A stretch of DNA of 63,958 bases, the filler included, from Collodictyon triciliatum (taxonomy: Eukaryota): assembly GCA_043381765.1 (NCBI GenBank). It is 6 parts of 6 records of this genome, joined end to end, with 100 filler letters (N's around TTAATTAATTAA, not from the genome) between each part and the next. Parts side by side here need not be neighbours in the genome. Positions count along the whole stretch, not along the records: positions 43,343 to 52,769 come from JBHJMP010000264.1; positions 52,870 to 60,763 come from JBHJMP010000267.1; positions 60,864 to 63,958 come from JBHJMP010000373.1; 3 more parts are not named here. One strand, 5' to 3'. Shown here piece by piece: positions 51,087 through 63,958 of the stretch (position 1 is its first letter; the number at the start of each line of letters is the position of its first letter). The position numbers and the translations under genes are program-made. The notes beneath the pieces were generated by a model that was not told the DNA's origin, did no database searches, and saw only the letters and a program-made list of their open reading frames with translations.

Positions 51087-51455
51087 CTAGTGGGAGAGAT
51101 AGTTTTCTTTGTGCTTATTGCATCGATGCTTTTGTCAGTCCTTTCCATACAAAATATGAGTTCTTTTCTATCTGCTCCGTAAACTTTTCTTGCCTGCGTC
51201 AAACCAAAAGCTGAAAAAGAAACGTTGATTATAATTTGACCTTTTAATTGAATCAGCGAAATTCGTCCCTTTTTTTTTTTCTATCGTGCTTTTGATTTCT
51301 TTTTATCAAACAGCTACCTATGCATTTATTTGAGTGACATTTCATGAGTCCTTTATTTATTGTCTTTATTGTTTGTTATCATCGAATAGCAATCCTTCCT
51401 TGTGCTTCCTCGTTCTTCTTTCTTCAAAGGAAAATAAAAATAGCTGAGATGCTCA

Positions 51456-52670
51456 TCAGCATTCCTCGGCCATAATGAGCAAAATGAGAGATGCCCATCC
51501 TAATAGTTGATGTGACAGGTGTTGTAATCACATAATGAGACATGTTTCATTATGCACTTCTCTTGAACAGCTCATTTATGATTCACAGGTGTGATGGCGA
51601 TGCAATTTAAAAAAAATGATTGAGATGAAAGAAACGTTGAAAGGGTGGGTTCGCCGGACCTTTCCAGTCTTTGAGCAATATTGCTCCCAAAAGAAGCCAG
51701 TGTTTGTGTATTCCTATGAAGCAGTATTGCAGTGGGTTAAAAGCTCGCAGAAATACAAAACCATTTCTATTTTATTGAAGCAGAACAGTTGTTGACATAC
51801 CTTGAACACGTTCTCAACCAGGGCCTCACGTAGTCTCTGATACAGTTTCTGGGCTTCTTGTTGATACGGGCCGTCATACTTTGCGTAATCATTGGACAGG
51901 GACGAAAGGGCCATGTAGTTTATATTGAACCATAGCGCTCCGCGCCAATAATCCTCGTCCTGACCGAAATAGGAATCACTAATACAATATGAGCGCAAAC
52001 TGTAACTTCCAGTGGTAAGTGAAAAATTCAGTAGAATTATAAGCGAGTAGAAACAAAAGAAAATACAACAGAAATCGAAATAGAAATCGAAATATCGTCA
52101 CACATGCCGAACGGTTGAACGACAAAGTGATGCATTAAAAAATAAAAAAAATAATGAGATACAAAAAGGAAATGGATACCTAGACCGTAGCATATTCGGG
52201 TCATTCATTATTTGCGAGGTTGACTTCAGTTGTGGCGAATCTCTTGGTATTAGCCCCAGCAAAAATGGGAAAAGCGTGATACATACAACATGTTTTGAGA
52301 AATGGCCTATCGATATAAACTTCATACTTGGGACAACAGCAGACTCTGTTTTTTATATCGAAATCTATTGCAATGATTATATGTCTTCATTTCTTGGATT
52401 GCAGAAAAGTATCTGATTTTTTTGTCACATACGTAATCGGTATAAAGCTGCCGCTCACTGCCCCAATGATAATCTAAAACATATGCTGTGTGAGAAAGTA
52501 TGCTCCTAGTTTGATTTCATTTCATGAAGGATGGATGAAAATCAGTGTGTATAGAAGTAAGTGTTACCGTCAAGACTTTCTAGAAGTTGATGGTACGTCT
52601 CTTCATATCCCTCGTGGGGGTTTCCGGTTTCCTTGGATATCTCAGCCATGAGTTTTGCATAGAAAATTAT
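51456..52670 (-). pseudogene. Mannosyl-oligosaccharide glucosidase (glucosidase I, GH63) C-terminal fragment, apparently decayed
   Basis: ITLFPFLLGLIP, DYWRGALWFNINYMALSSL, GPYQQEAQKLYQRLREALVENV, TGFFWEQY, THPFN-GWASLILLIMAE. Conserved residues are substituted (HVGY>HVVC, LWS>LRS, YGLRS>YSLRS, GKG>GKV), and the last intron is one base out of phase at 51635. Confidence 0.75.
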
Positions 52671-53070
52671 TCATACATACATACATACATACATACATAC
52701 ATACATACATACATACATACATACATACATACATACATACATACATACATACATACATACATACATACANNNNNNNNNNNNNNNNNNNNNNNNNNNNNNN
52801 NNNNNNNNNNNNNTTAATTAATTAANNNNNNNNNNNNNNNNNNNNNNNNNNNNNNNNNNNNNNNNNNNNAGAGTAAAAAAAGAGTAAAAAAAGAGTAAAA
52901 AAAGAGTAAAAAAAGAGTAAAAAAAGAGTAAAAAAAGAGTAAAAAAAGAGTAAAAAAGAGTAAAAAAAGAGTAAAAAAGAGTAAAAAAAGAGTAAAAAAG
53001 AGTAAAAAAAGAGTAAAAAAAGAGTAAAAAGAGAGTAAAAAGAGTAAAAAGAGTAGAAAAATAGAAAAAC

Positions 53071-56000
53071 CTGTTGAATCCGAGCATGGAACTGTGGTTA
53101 AAAAGAGAGCCTTTGATTCACGCAAATCTGCCGTTCGTTTGTACCGCACCACTCGCATATCATTCTTTGGTATATATATCAAGTCTGGGTCGTTGCTCAT
53201 CATTCCTTCAACATCCCATACACACACTTCATAAAAGAAAATGAGATAAAATTATTCTTGACCTAAAACAAATGCACACAACAGATACAATTAACCCATT
53301 CAATAGCATTTTTTTGCATCTGTAGCATTCAATCCAGGCCCAAAATATTGACTTTGACAAAACCGATGATATGCAAACAAACCGGTACGTTCCTTCGCTC
53401 CATCCGTGATAAGTTGTTTAGTTGCTGGACAATATACAAAGTGATGCAGGTTTGGAAAAACGCCGAGGTTGATGGTGAATAGAAGCTTTGGTTGTTGGGG
53501 AGATAGCATTAAAAAAAAAGTTCACCAACTAAATGGATTGAATTGAATATCGACAACATATGAGTATTCTATCTCAAATGTTGGTGTTTAATATTCAATA
53601 AATTTATTTCAGCGAACTTAATCATTCACCAAGAATAATATATAAAAAGGTGTCATGTGTACCTGATACTTCTGCAAGCCCCATATCTCAATTTCGTGAT
53701 TCGTGTTTGCCGTAAGGAATATATTTAGATTTTCGGCCAGGGTGCATGCAGTGTAATCCTATGCACAGTGTGTTTCAAAAAGTCAAAGTAGCAAGATAAT
53801 TATGAATTTTAAGCAACACCAAAATAAAAGAAAAGCAAAAAGCAAAAAGCAAAAAGCAAAAAGCAAAAAGCAAAAAGCAAAAAGCAAAAAGCAAAAAGCA
53901 AAAAGCAAAAAGCAAAAAAAAAATAAAAATAAAAATAAATTGAGACTTAATTTGAGTTAGATCAACCTACATGTTCTTCAGGCTGGTCACGATGCAGAAC
54001 CATCAATCCAGATGATTTCCAAACTTCAAAAGACGAACTGCCACTAAATAGAATCGTATCAGTTATGCTCCAAAAAAAAAAAAAGACACTCATTTCATAA
54101 ACATATCGCAGTTCAAATAATCCATATATAACTCCAAAGATGATGAAAGTCAAGCAATATTATGTAAAAAAAAATCATACCACACAATCAAATGACCTTG
54201 CTCTTTTCGAAATGCGTAGCATGAAATATCAGGAATCATACTATATCATGGAAGAAACATGATTGTAAACTTTAAAGGAATATTGCCAGAAAAAATTACA
54301 AAGCCAGTTTGCAAAGACAGGACTAAAAATAGACTGGGGGTGAGGTTGATTCTGTCGCAAGCATATGCACATATTCACCATCGCCATTCTCTGTGCGGGT
54401 CAGCCAATCCGTTCAGAATGATTCCATCAGGAAGAATGTCTGTGCTGTAAATCTTGACACGTGCATCCATCGTACATAGACCAATTTCAGTTCGGTTCAG
54501 GTAGAAAACGTGCACAATCTGATCATATGAACATGAAAATATCAAATAATAGGAATAGGCTCATTGATTAGTATATAGATATTCTTATTCCACAATCTGC
54601 ATCGATTTTCACAATGGCACAAATTACGCGCGAGAAATGTGCATTATCAATAGCATAAATTTCATATTCTTTCCAAAAAAATGCAACACATTCGTTTGTA
54701 AATAAGGCTAAGGTTGACTTGTGTGTCTTAAGAGGCTAGCATGATTCATTCGCATTAAACTATAAGTAATGATACCTCGGATGTGTGCGCAACAAATCTT
54801 TTGACAATCCCGCCAGTGGTGTAGTTTATGAGCTTTGATTCACAGTACAACCCCAATAAACGATTATTAAGTTGCAAAAATAAATTCAAAAGTCTCAAAG
54901 TTTTTTTTTTTGATAGGCGCTTATTACAAGAATCAGGCCGTTCTGGAATCCAACCAGAATTTGTCTTCCAAGCGGATGTAGCTGCATCGAAGTTGCCTGT
55001 TAATTTTGTCCAATTTATTGTTTTAGTAAATAAGTTGATTGTTTTTTCTGCTTTCTTAAAAAATGATTGGGTTTATGGACTCATAGAATAAAAATATTGT
55101 GCAATAAATCCAAACTTCATATTCAGCTAGATGATCAAACGAGGAAACAAGTTCTCCGTTGGTGGCATTCCACACTGTTACTTGCTAAGTACAAAAAAAA
55201 AAAGGTATAATTTCACCATGAGAAAATACGGGTAAATTCCAAAGTGAGCCTTTCATTTTCAAAAACACCGGCATCTTTTACATACTGCATTTACTGAAGC
55301 AACAACAAATGTGTTGAATGCGGCGTTGTATCTCGCAGCAACAATCGGCCATGAGGTAATCTCTTCATTCGTATCAGAAAATCTATACAAAAAAATATTA
55401 TAAAAATCGACTTGCTTGAACATACTTTCTTCCCGTGTACTGACTCAGTTAATTGCATTTTCGAGATTATAATATCCCTTCCGACTTTCGAAACTACAAA
55501 CTGCATTCATAACATGAACAATAATCACAAAACCTCCAGGTGTACCAGGTGTGGTCGGCGGTAATTAGTTTCTCTCTGTCATGGTCGAAACATGTAGTGT
55601 TGAAGATGATCTTTCTGAAGTCAAGATTCTGTAAGCAGTCATACGAGCGTCTATATTGAATTTGTAAAATTAGAGTTTAGAAAATGCTTATTCTGATTGA
55701 AAACAAACGTATTTTAAATAGTGGGCATGTGATAGCAGGTCTGCAAGTCATACAATATGTTTGTACTGGTTTTCTTGCCAAGTGTGTTTATTGCCAGTGA
55801 TTCACTATTTATTTTGGCTTTTTTTTTTTAAAAAAAAAACTTCCGATATTGTATTCATTATAATCCTTACACATCCCACAGTTTCACTTTCCCATTCATA
55901 TCGATGCTGATTAATTCGGAGGATTTTTTCATGGCATACAAAGACATTACTGCCTTGTCGTGACCTAACATTATTAACAAACAAACAAACAAACAAACAA

Positions 56001-59000
56001 ACAAACAAACAAACAAACAAACAAACAAACAAACAAACAAACAAACAAACAAACAAACAAACAAACAAACAAACAAATTAAAAAACGTCAGCAATCACAG
56101 TCAAATTAGAATCGTGGGAGCAAATTTCAAATCTACAATGCCTGTGCAATCCATTCGTACAAAATAGTAGGCGAATACTTAATCTTTTCAAATAAAAAGA
56201 AAAATAAGAGTTGTGAAATTTATCAAGATGGTTGGAAAAATAAGATAATAAAGGTATGCAATTTCCAAATAGTAAACTTGAGGACTGAATTGACCTTTCA
56301 TCTTGTGCAAAACCCCCATAACCACAGGATTCCAAACATACACTTCACGATCAAAGCCACCCGAGAAAACGAGACGATATGTAGGTGAGTAAGTCATACA
56401 GAGAATCCCCTGAAAAAAGATATGTTACATATAACTTTTCATTGAAGCTTCATTTTTGAGAACGTGAACAAAGTTCGTCGAGACTTTTTCGTACGATTTA
56501 AGTGGGAAAACATAATAGCATTCAAAAAAAAAGAATGTAAGATTACTGATTCGACAAACTTTTTTGTGGCCAATGAGCTCGTGCCTCTTCAAACAGGTCG
56601 CTGTTTCCCATACAATAATCCTTTTATCCAAAGAACTCGATAATGTAAGCCCTATAAGTCATGGGATAAAGAATTTAGAATATATCAATCAATTTGCGTG
56701 TCTGTGCAAATGTAGGAAAATAAATGCTGGTATAAAATGACGGAGGCAAACCAAGCTCTGGTATTTCAAAAATATCAGTGATCCAATCACTGTGCAATGG
56801 AATTCGAGAGGCAACCTTAAATTGCTTTTTACGGAAAGAAATAATTACAATATGAAATCTTAAGAAACCAAAAACTGTTTCTGGTTTTATTATTTACAGA
56901 ATAGGTATATTGACCGAGCTATCATATTTCCCTTCATTTTTTTTTTATCAAAACATGTATGTCGAACAACAAATGTTGACATATGGAAGAGAATATGTAT
57001 ATAGTTGAAGATTGATGAACTTACATTAACGAAGTCGAACTTATAGAGAACCCCATCTGTGCTTCCACCATACAAAGTGCCGGCCAATTTGCTGTTATAA
57101 ATAACACAGTTCAAAAACAAAAAATTATATTGTGTGTATAAACTTAACTAGAACAAAATAAATATTCGCCCATGTTTTTAAGGATTCATCTGTTATGCTT
57201 TGTAAGTCAGAGTTTATGGGCAAGGAAACCTGTGCGAAAAGCACAACACCCAGGTTGGTACAGGGATGAATGCTTCCTGAAAAATAATTCGAGTAATACA
57301 TTTTATTCAAATTGCCCTTATATTGGAAAGAGGACAGAAGGGAATGTATATTGAGAGCACATTTGAAAGAAAAGAAGCACACAGATAATGAATATTACAA
57401 CTGGATATATTTGGACAGAAAAATAAGAGAATGATGAATCTGAGTATTATAATGAATCCTTCAATAAAGTGCGCAATCCTACTTTTGAAAATGTGCTTTC
57501 ATTCCACATAACTACAGAGCGGTCAATAGACGAAGTAATGATGCAGTGCCGACTTGGGACATGAACTAAGCAGCAACGCAAAACCAGAATGTAATTTCAT
57601 TATGACTATCTTCATTTTTTTTCTATCTATAAAGATTTCTAGCTCTTAAGTATCGATATCATGGAATCATGAAAGAAATTGACACGATACTCAATATAAA
57701 ATCAATTTTATGAGGGAAAGAAAGATGTAAATGATTACCAGCTGCTAAAATTCCACCTTCATGCGCTTTGAAAACACGCAAAGGTTTGAAATCATGGGCG
57801 TCACAGACATGAACTGTCCCATCCTAAAGACAAAGTTACACACTCATCTTTTGATTAAAATTCTTGAGCGGCACGTGAAGCAAACGAATTATTAAGAGAA
57901 ATGCAACACACGAATAACAAGAAAAAAAATTAAATATCACTTGACGACACGCAAGAAACTTGTTTATTCCTGAAGTTAATATGACCAAAGTTATCAATGA
58001 TTCAATGTTGATATTGTACAGTGTATAAAATAACTATGGCGTACAGAAATCGTGTATATAAAAATACAGTTGTTGCGTATAGAATATCCTTATTTACTAC
58101 CTGGAAAATGGAATATCTTATCAGATAGTTCAATATGCGGACGGTCGTATTGCTGAGGAGGAAAAAGCAACTATACCAGATGTTGGAAAAAAATCAGCCC
58201 GTCATCGAATGATAACAATAATAGCAAAAAACAACATAAATCAAAAAATCAAAAAAAAAAAAAACAGCAACGATGATGATAATGATAATGACAATGAAAA
58301 AAAAAAAGAAAAAGAAAAAGAAANNNNNNNNNNNNNNNNNNNNNNNNNNNNNNNNNNNNNNNNNNNNNNNNNNNNNNNNNNNNNNNNNNNNNNNNNNNNN
58401 NNNNNNNNNNNNNNNNNNNNNNNAGGATAATGATAATGATAATGATAATGATAATGATAATGATAATGATAATGATAATGATAATGATAATGATAATGAT
58501 AATGATAATGATAATGATAATGATATGCAACACTTCGGAGGCATTGTCCACACATACCATACGAGGGGGTGCTGTATCTCCCAAAACAGCGTCTGAGTTG
58601 TCGACAATAAATGCTGAAAACTCATCCCAAGTCATCTACAGACGGTCAGCATATATGTTTACAGAGCACTCAATAGCTTGAAATTACAATACAAAAATAA
58701 AGGGAGAGAAGGTGAAACTTTTTTTCTCTTTGACAGCTAGATAATGGCATAAACCTGCCCATCTCCATTTACATCAATCCTGGAAAACAACTCTGTCAGT
58801 TCGCGAATTACAATATGGAGCTGCTCTTCAGTAATTTTTTTTGACAGTGCAATTTCACGGACAACATTGATGAACTATAAAACAATATGACTATAAGAAT
58901 GATAGAGAAAGACAAGGACAGAAAGAGAAAGAGACAAAAAGTGTTTTTGATCCAGATGGAAGTATCCCCAGGCGTGCTGCTTTCAATAAACCCGGCTGGA

Positions 59001-59845
59001 GCATGGAGTGAAAGAAAAGCTACCTCGTATATATTTAGCTGCTCCCCGTGGCCCATGTGAAATGCACATCGTAGTTTCTCGATTTCACCCACTGAAAGGC
59101 TTTTCCATAATCGCGCCCAGGTGTAGGGCCCCACCGCCTCTTCACCAGCCTCTGGAATCAGGAACCGTAAAGATTTAAAAACCATCACATCAGAACATTA
59201 TTCAACTGACAATGGACTAGAAAAAGCAGAGAAACAGATAGACGGTTTCGTCTAGGAGGGCCCAAGAATCGAACAAGCGAGAGTTTTAGGTTTCTGCGAA
59301 ACAACATTAAGAGGAAGAAGAAGAAGAAGGCAGTGCGAAAGAAAAGCTGAATGTGCTGTGACAAGCAAGGCGATATTGAAAAATACGAATTGAAGCAACT
59401 CATATGATGGATTGATACTGGCATTGTCATGGCAAAGTGCGATCCATTTACTTGATTGCACATGAGGGGATATGCAAGTATTCATGAGAATATGCCACTT
59501 TATCTTCGAATGATATACAATGGAAAACTCCATGACAGACATATCCCATCCTTTGGATATTCTAAAACCCGTCATGAGACAGTCGAGTGAATGATTAGCG
59601 CACGCTGTTTAGAATAACGCACCGTTTGCAGAGTCGTCCAGTGTCTGGATTGCGGAAATGCTGAGCGAAGTATTTCCATCTGCGTGCGAAGACTGAGCGG
59701 ACGTGTTTGTGCGGCTCGTGTTGATGAATTGTGACTTTGACAGGTGATGCAGTAACGTCGGGGCGTGATTTGTGCTCGTGGAACTGCGTACTTGTGCGGG
59801 CTCCATTCTGGTTCCTGGACTTCGGGTTTGTTTTCTTTTGTTCAT
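53071..59845 (-). CDS. EF-hand plus WD40-repeat protein, WDR49/EFCAB8/WDR64-like; 3' end lost at contig break
   Basis: ELFSRIDVNGDGQ|MTWDEFSAFIV (EF-hand), then WD repeats: SSLDKRIIVWE...LIGHKK|GILCMTYSPTYRLVFSGGFDREVYVWNP, GHDKAVMSL...LISIDMNGKVKLWDV, FLTANTNHEIEIWGL. Confidence 0.85.
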
Positions 59846-59922
59846 TATCGATTGTTGTGGCGCAGGATTAGCTTGGGATGGAAAGAATACAATCTTTGTT
59901 GCTTCTTTGCTTTGTTTTTATT

Positions 59923-59970
<48 letters not shown>

Positions 59971-60996
59971 CTATTGGCCCAAGCAAGACCGAACAACGAG
60001 ATAAAATGAACTACGTGTTTCGCAAAATAGAAAACAAAAAAAAAAAGGCCAACATCTGCGACTGCTTGACGGCTTAACTGTCATTCAGCGCGGGTTCTTG
60101 TGGTTGTGCCGGGACACAGCGGATCGCCAGCGATCGACAGAATGGATGAGTTGTGCTCTGATTCGCGAAAAAAAAAAGTAAAGACCAGGTTTATCATGCC
60201 TTTTTCATAATGACACAACGATATTTACTTCTGGAATTCATTTTAATTTTTGCTTTATGGATAATCACGCTGCAATTTAACTATCATAATACAGCATTTT
60301 GTTTATATATTTACTTTTGTCAAGAAATTATCTTCATCGATTTAATATATACTTCTTAACGAAATTAAATGTGGTGATCACACCGAGAGACAGACTTGAG
60401 AGGAACAATAAACAAACGCAATTAATAAGAAAAAGTCTTCATCGCAGAGAAACAATAAACACATCGAGAAACAAAAGGAGAGCACATTCTCTGAGAATAT
60501 TATTATTATTAATACACTAGCTTTCTTTCCTTCCCCCAACCCACTGAATTCTGAAGCCGGAAAAAAAAAAGCAAGAAAGAAAAAAAAGGAAAAAAAAAAA
60601 AAAAAAAAAAAAAAAACACAAGCGATCGGAAAGAGGAATGCTGAGAAGGACGGGACCGACGCCAAAGCCCTGCCCATGAATACCCACCGATTGAACGCAA
60701 ACCGTGAAGGCTGATGCAGTCAACCCAGAGAGCGAAAAGGTCACTTGACCACATCCCTTTACANNNNNNNNNNNNNNNNNNNNNNNNNNNNNNNNNNNNN
60801 NNNNNNNTTAATTAATTAANNNNNNNNNNNNNNNNNNNNNNNNNNNNNNNNNNNNNNNNNNNNAAGAAGAGAAAGAAGAGAAAGAAGAGAAAGAAGAGAA
60901 AGAAGAGAAAGAAGAGAAAGAAGAGAAAGAAGAGAAAGAAGAGAAAGAAGAGAAAGAAGAGATTGTAGTACAGCGGTCAAAGTTGAAGATTCAAAC

Positions 60997-63195
60997 CTTG
61001 ACATTAAGATATGTTCCCATCGGGCGGTTACATATAAGAGCTACATGATTGCCTTCGACCGAGTTTACATGATGCTCTATATCTCTCCATGAAACTAAAA
61101 ATACCATCACCGGCCTTCTAATTAGATACATTAAAGATGTATATTGATTTTATCATGTCAAAACTGTTTGTCGATAACATATACCAAAGTTACTTTTCAT
61201 ATGAAATGATGAAAATTTGACTTCATACCAGGTGATTGGAAGCCGATTTTTGAGAAAAATTCTCTTGCATATTGCTGCTTATTTTCACAAAACTTATCAA
61301 ATCTGCATTATTGATCAATATTACTGGCATTCCTCGGGTATATTTAAATGTATTTTCTACACACAAACGTCATGATTTGTAATAGCACCCCTAGGTCAAA
61401 TCAAGATAGATGAATAAAAACAGGAAAATTAAATATACCTGAAGGGAATATACTTTGATCGGAGATTCTTCATACCCCATATTGCAATTTCCTTATTTGC
61501 GCGAGACCAAATTTTCATCGAAGACGCGGCTTGAGACTATGAAAATGAAAATGAAAATGAAAATGAAAATGAAAATGAAAATGAAAATGAAAATGAAAAT
61601 GAAAATGAAAATGAATAGTGAATGCAGCATGCTTCGTCATTCTGATTGAAGTTTATTTGAGCCCAAAGATAAAAAGAGTTTAATTGGTTGTTCTAGTGAC
61701 AAACTTGTCTCGGCCTGGCTTTGTTGACAACAGTGTCGGCTCTTATTTTCAATAATTTGGCTTGTATGTCAATGTCTGATGCCCGTACACTGAAATCATT
61801 TTTTCCCATTGTAATTTTTAGTTGAAATAAAGAGTATATAATATAGAATAAAGTATAATGTTTATAAGTGTCCATACACTATCCATGCACTATGTAAAGA
61901 CTCGAAAAGGAATTACTTTTTAGAAAGCGAAATGTACTTCCCATTATCGATAACATGAACAACAGTCAAGTGTGGGAAGTGTTCTTTTAGAACAGGAATC
62001 ATATATAGACCCTTTTATTTTTAAATTGTTAATGCCTGACGAATTTTTTAAATAAAACGGGAATGACAATAATATAGTAGCTATTCTTTGCAGTTAATAA
62101 ATCAAGGATGTGTTTTGATTGAATCCTACCAGAGAACTCTGAAAACACCACACGGGAGATACTGCTGACGTCAGGGAGGATATTTTATGGCTCTTGTCTA
62201 AAACCTTCAGTGAAGTATTGTTTCCAAACTTTTCCAGTGATTTGATGAGCTTATTTCTCACACCTTCTTTCATCTGGGGGCAATAAATGTATTTTTTTTC
62301 AGGAAAATCCTCTCAACACTAAGCAACGCAACCCAAATAACTTTTTTTGTTCAAATGTGTTGGGGTTTACCATGGGAACCTCCGGGTGCCATCCATCTTG
62401 ATATATACTGGGGATGATGTTAGAAAACAGCTGATTAAAAACCGAGCTTTCCCCAAATTTGTTTTTTTGACGAGCTATTGGCATTGTAGCGGCCGATAGA
62501 ATCTCGCTGACTATCTGCGCATCAACACCGGGTGTATAGGCGATGAGGATTGGTGAACCGATTATTCCAGTTGTATTCATACTCAGCTTGGCCTTCCGTC
62601 GATGCCGGATTGGGTTTTTGGCACGTGTGTTATTCTTTGCACTCGATACATTACCTTAGGAGGTTGAAACTCAACAAATTGAAAGCCCATTCGAAAATGA
62701 ATACCGACACCGTGAAAAGAGGAGAGTGAATAGTAAATAGTAAAGAAAAAGAAAAGAAAAAGAAAAGAAAAAGAAAAGAAAAAGAAAAAGAAAAGAAAAA
62801 GAAAAAGAAAAAAAGAAAAAAGAAAANNNNNNNNNNNNNNNNNNNNNNNNNNNNNNNNNNNNNNNNNNNNNNNNNNNNNNNNNNNNNNNNNNNNNNNNNN
62901 NNNNNNNNNNNNNNNNNNNNNNNNNNAAAGAAAAAAGAAAAAAGAAAAAAGAAAAAAGAAAAAAGAAAAAAGAAAAAAGAAAAAAGAAAAAAGAAAAAAG
63001 AAAAAAGAAAAAAGAAAAATAAAAGTTACCTGGTCTTCCTTCTGTGTCTGGGTGGAGGTGTGAAATAGGCTCAATTTCCACCCAATTCTGAGAATTCTGG
63101 TCGTCAATAAACGTGACGATGGTCGAGGCCAGGATAACACAGGCCAGGAAAAACATAACAAGGAGAATACGAGAAAACACAGACAACGACGCCAT
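60997..63195 (-). CDS. Type II membrane protein with sulfotransferase-like (P-loop) fold, degenerate PAPS motifs; 3' end lost at contig break
   Basis: N-terminal signal-anchor (RILLVMFFLACVILASTIVTF) and a stem, then SPILIAYTPGVDAQIVSEILS, LYMIPVLKEHFPHLTVVHVIDNG and YIPFR|FDKFCENKQQYAREFFSKIG, in the order and spacing of Sulfotransfer_3 motifs. Confidence 0.6.
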
Positions 63196-63528
63196 CTTCT
63201 ACAACACTCCTTCCTAAGAAAATACCGCTGGGAGGTCAGATAATTAAAAAAAAAATTGTCATAAAAAAAGGAAAGGAAAGGAAAAGGATATAAATTAGAC
63301 TGAGGAAAGAAAACGAAAAGCCAACAAAAACAAAAGAAAAAAAAGTCAGAGTTCACAGTAGAGCATCGCACGAAAGGCTCATTCCCAGGAATACCCCAAA
63401 GCTGAACCATGGCACAAATCCCATAGAATGCATCCGGTTTGGAGGGGATTGTTTCTCCCACTCTTGACCACTCGCAAGCTCCCAACTCTGAGGATCGCGT
63501 CATTACACAATCACTCGTTTTTATTTCA

Positions 63529-63562
<34 letters not shown>

Positions 63563-63863
63563 TTGTTGTTCGCTCCAGTATAAACTTAAAAAAAAAGTAA
63601 AGTTGAGATCGGTCTCGCAGGATAATACTAGGGGTGCTTTGAAATACCCGAGGCGCACGAGATCACAGCCCACCCACTCCACTGCGTTGCATGTCTCGAA
63701 CTTTTCTCTTCTCTTGTGTGAGGGTCATTCCCGTTTGTTCGTCGCTTTCGCTCGTGGATCGTTTGGGTGTAAATGCGCCAGAAAGGGAAAAAGAACGCTT
63801 TTGGTGGCGCACAAGGCCGAGGGCATAAGCGAGATATGTCTACGAATCTGCGTATGATGTGTG

Positions 63864-63958
63864 TATGTATGTATGTATGTATGTATGTATGTATGTATGT
63901 ATGTATGTATGTATGTATGTATGTATGTATGTATGTATGTATGTATGTATGTATGTAT
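63864..63958. repeat. (TATG)n microsatellite
   Basis: Visible directly; the same unit on the opposite strand at 52672-52768. Confidence 0.95.

Noticed and set aside
52600-52630. Apparent frameshift in the glucosidase exon
   Set aside because: Recounting the G5 run shows the frame is continuous (ETGNPHEGYEETYHQLLESLD).
62274-62370. Antizyme-like +1 frameshift site (UUU UCC UGA at 62307-62299, minus) that would join two ORFs
   Set aside because: A conventional phase-0 intron (ATG|gtaaac at 62370 to cccccag at 62274, 97 nt) removes the site and restores the frame.

Overview
Eukaryotic, AT-rich, intron-dense nuclear DNA from what looks like a flagellate-capable protist. The species cannot be called from the sequence. 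The window is not one contiguous locus: five artificial ~100-bp spacers (N-run + TTAATTAATTAA + N-run, at about 8.7, 30.6, 43.3, 52.8 and 60.8 kb) join six separate contigs, and genes are cut off at these joins. Contents in order: a decayed non-LTR retrotransposon ORF2 end just downstream of a tRNA-Lys(CTT); an IRE/Rim15/MAST-type AGC kinase (partial); a TM9SF 3' end; a PH-helical bundle-RasGEF; an Sct1/Gpt2-type glycerol-3-phosphate acyltransferase; a TTLL3/8-type tubulin glycylase; a CFAP52-like WD40 protein; an unusual LRR-polycystin channel-SPRY protein; a VWA protein; a small cluster of decayed gene fragments (including glucosidase I); an intronless 2x6-TM protein; an EF-hand/WD40 (WDR49-like) protein; and a sulfotransferase-fold protein with degenerate cofactor motifs. 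The most notable unannotated signal is a family of tiny (25-43 bp) insertions ending TTTGAATCGAATAAAG, with an A-tail in two copies. Each is flanked by a target-site duplication, the family is seen three times, and one copy breaks a reading frame. Exon boundaries were inferred by eye from GT-AG signals and frame continuity.
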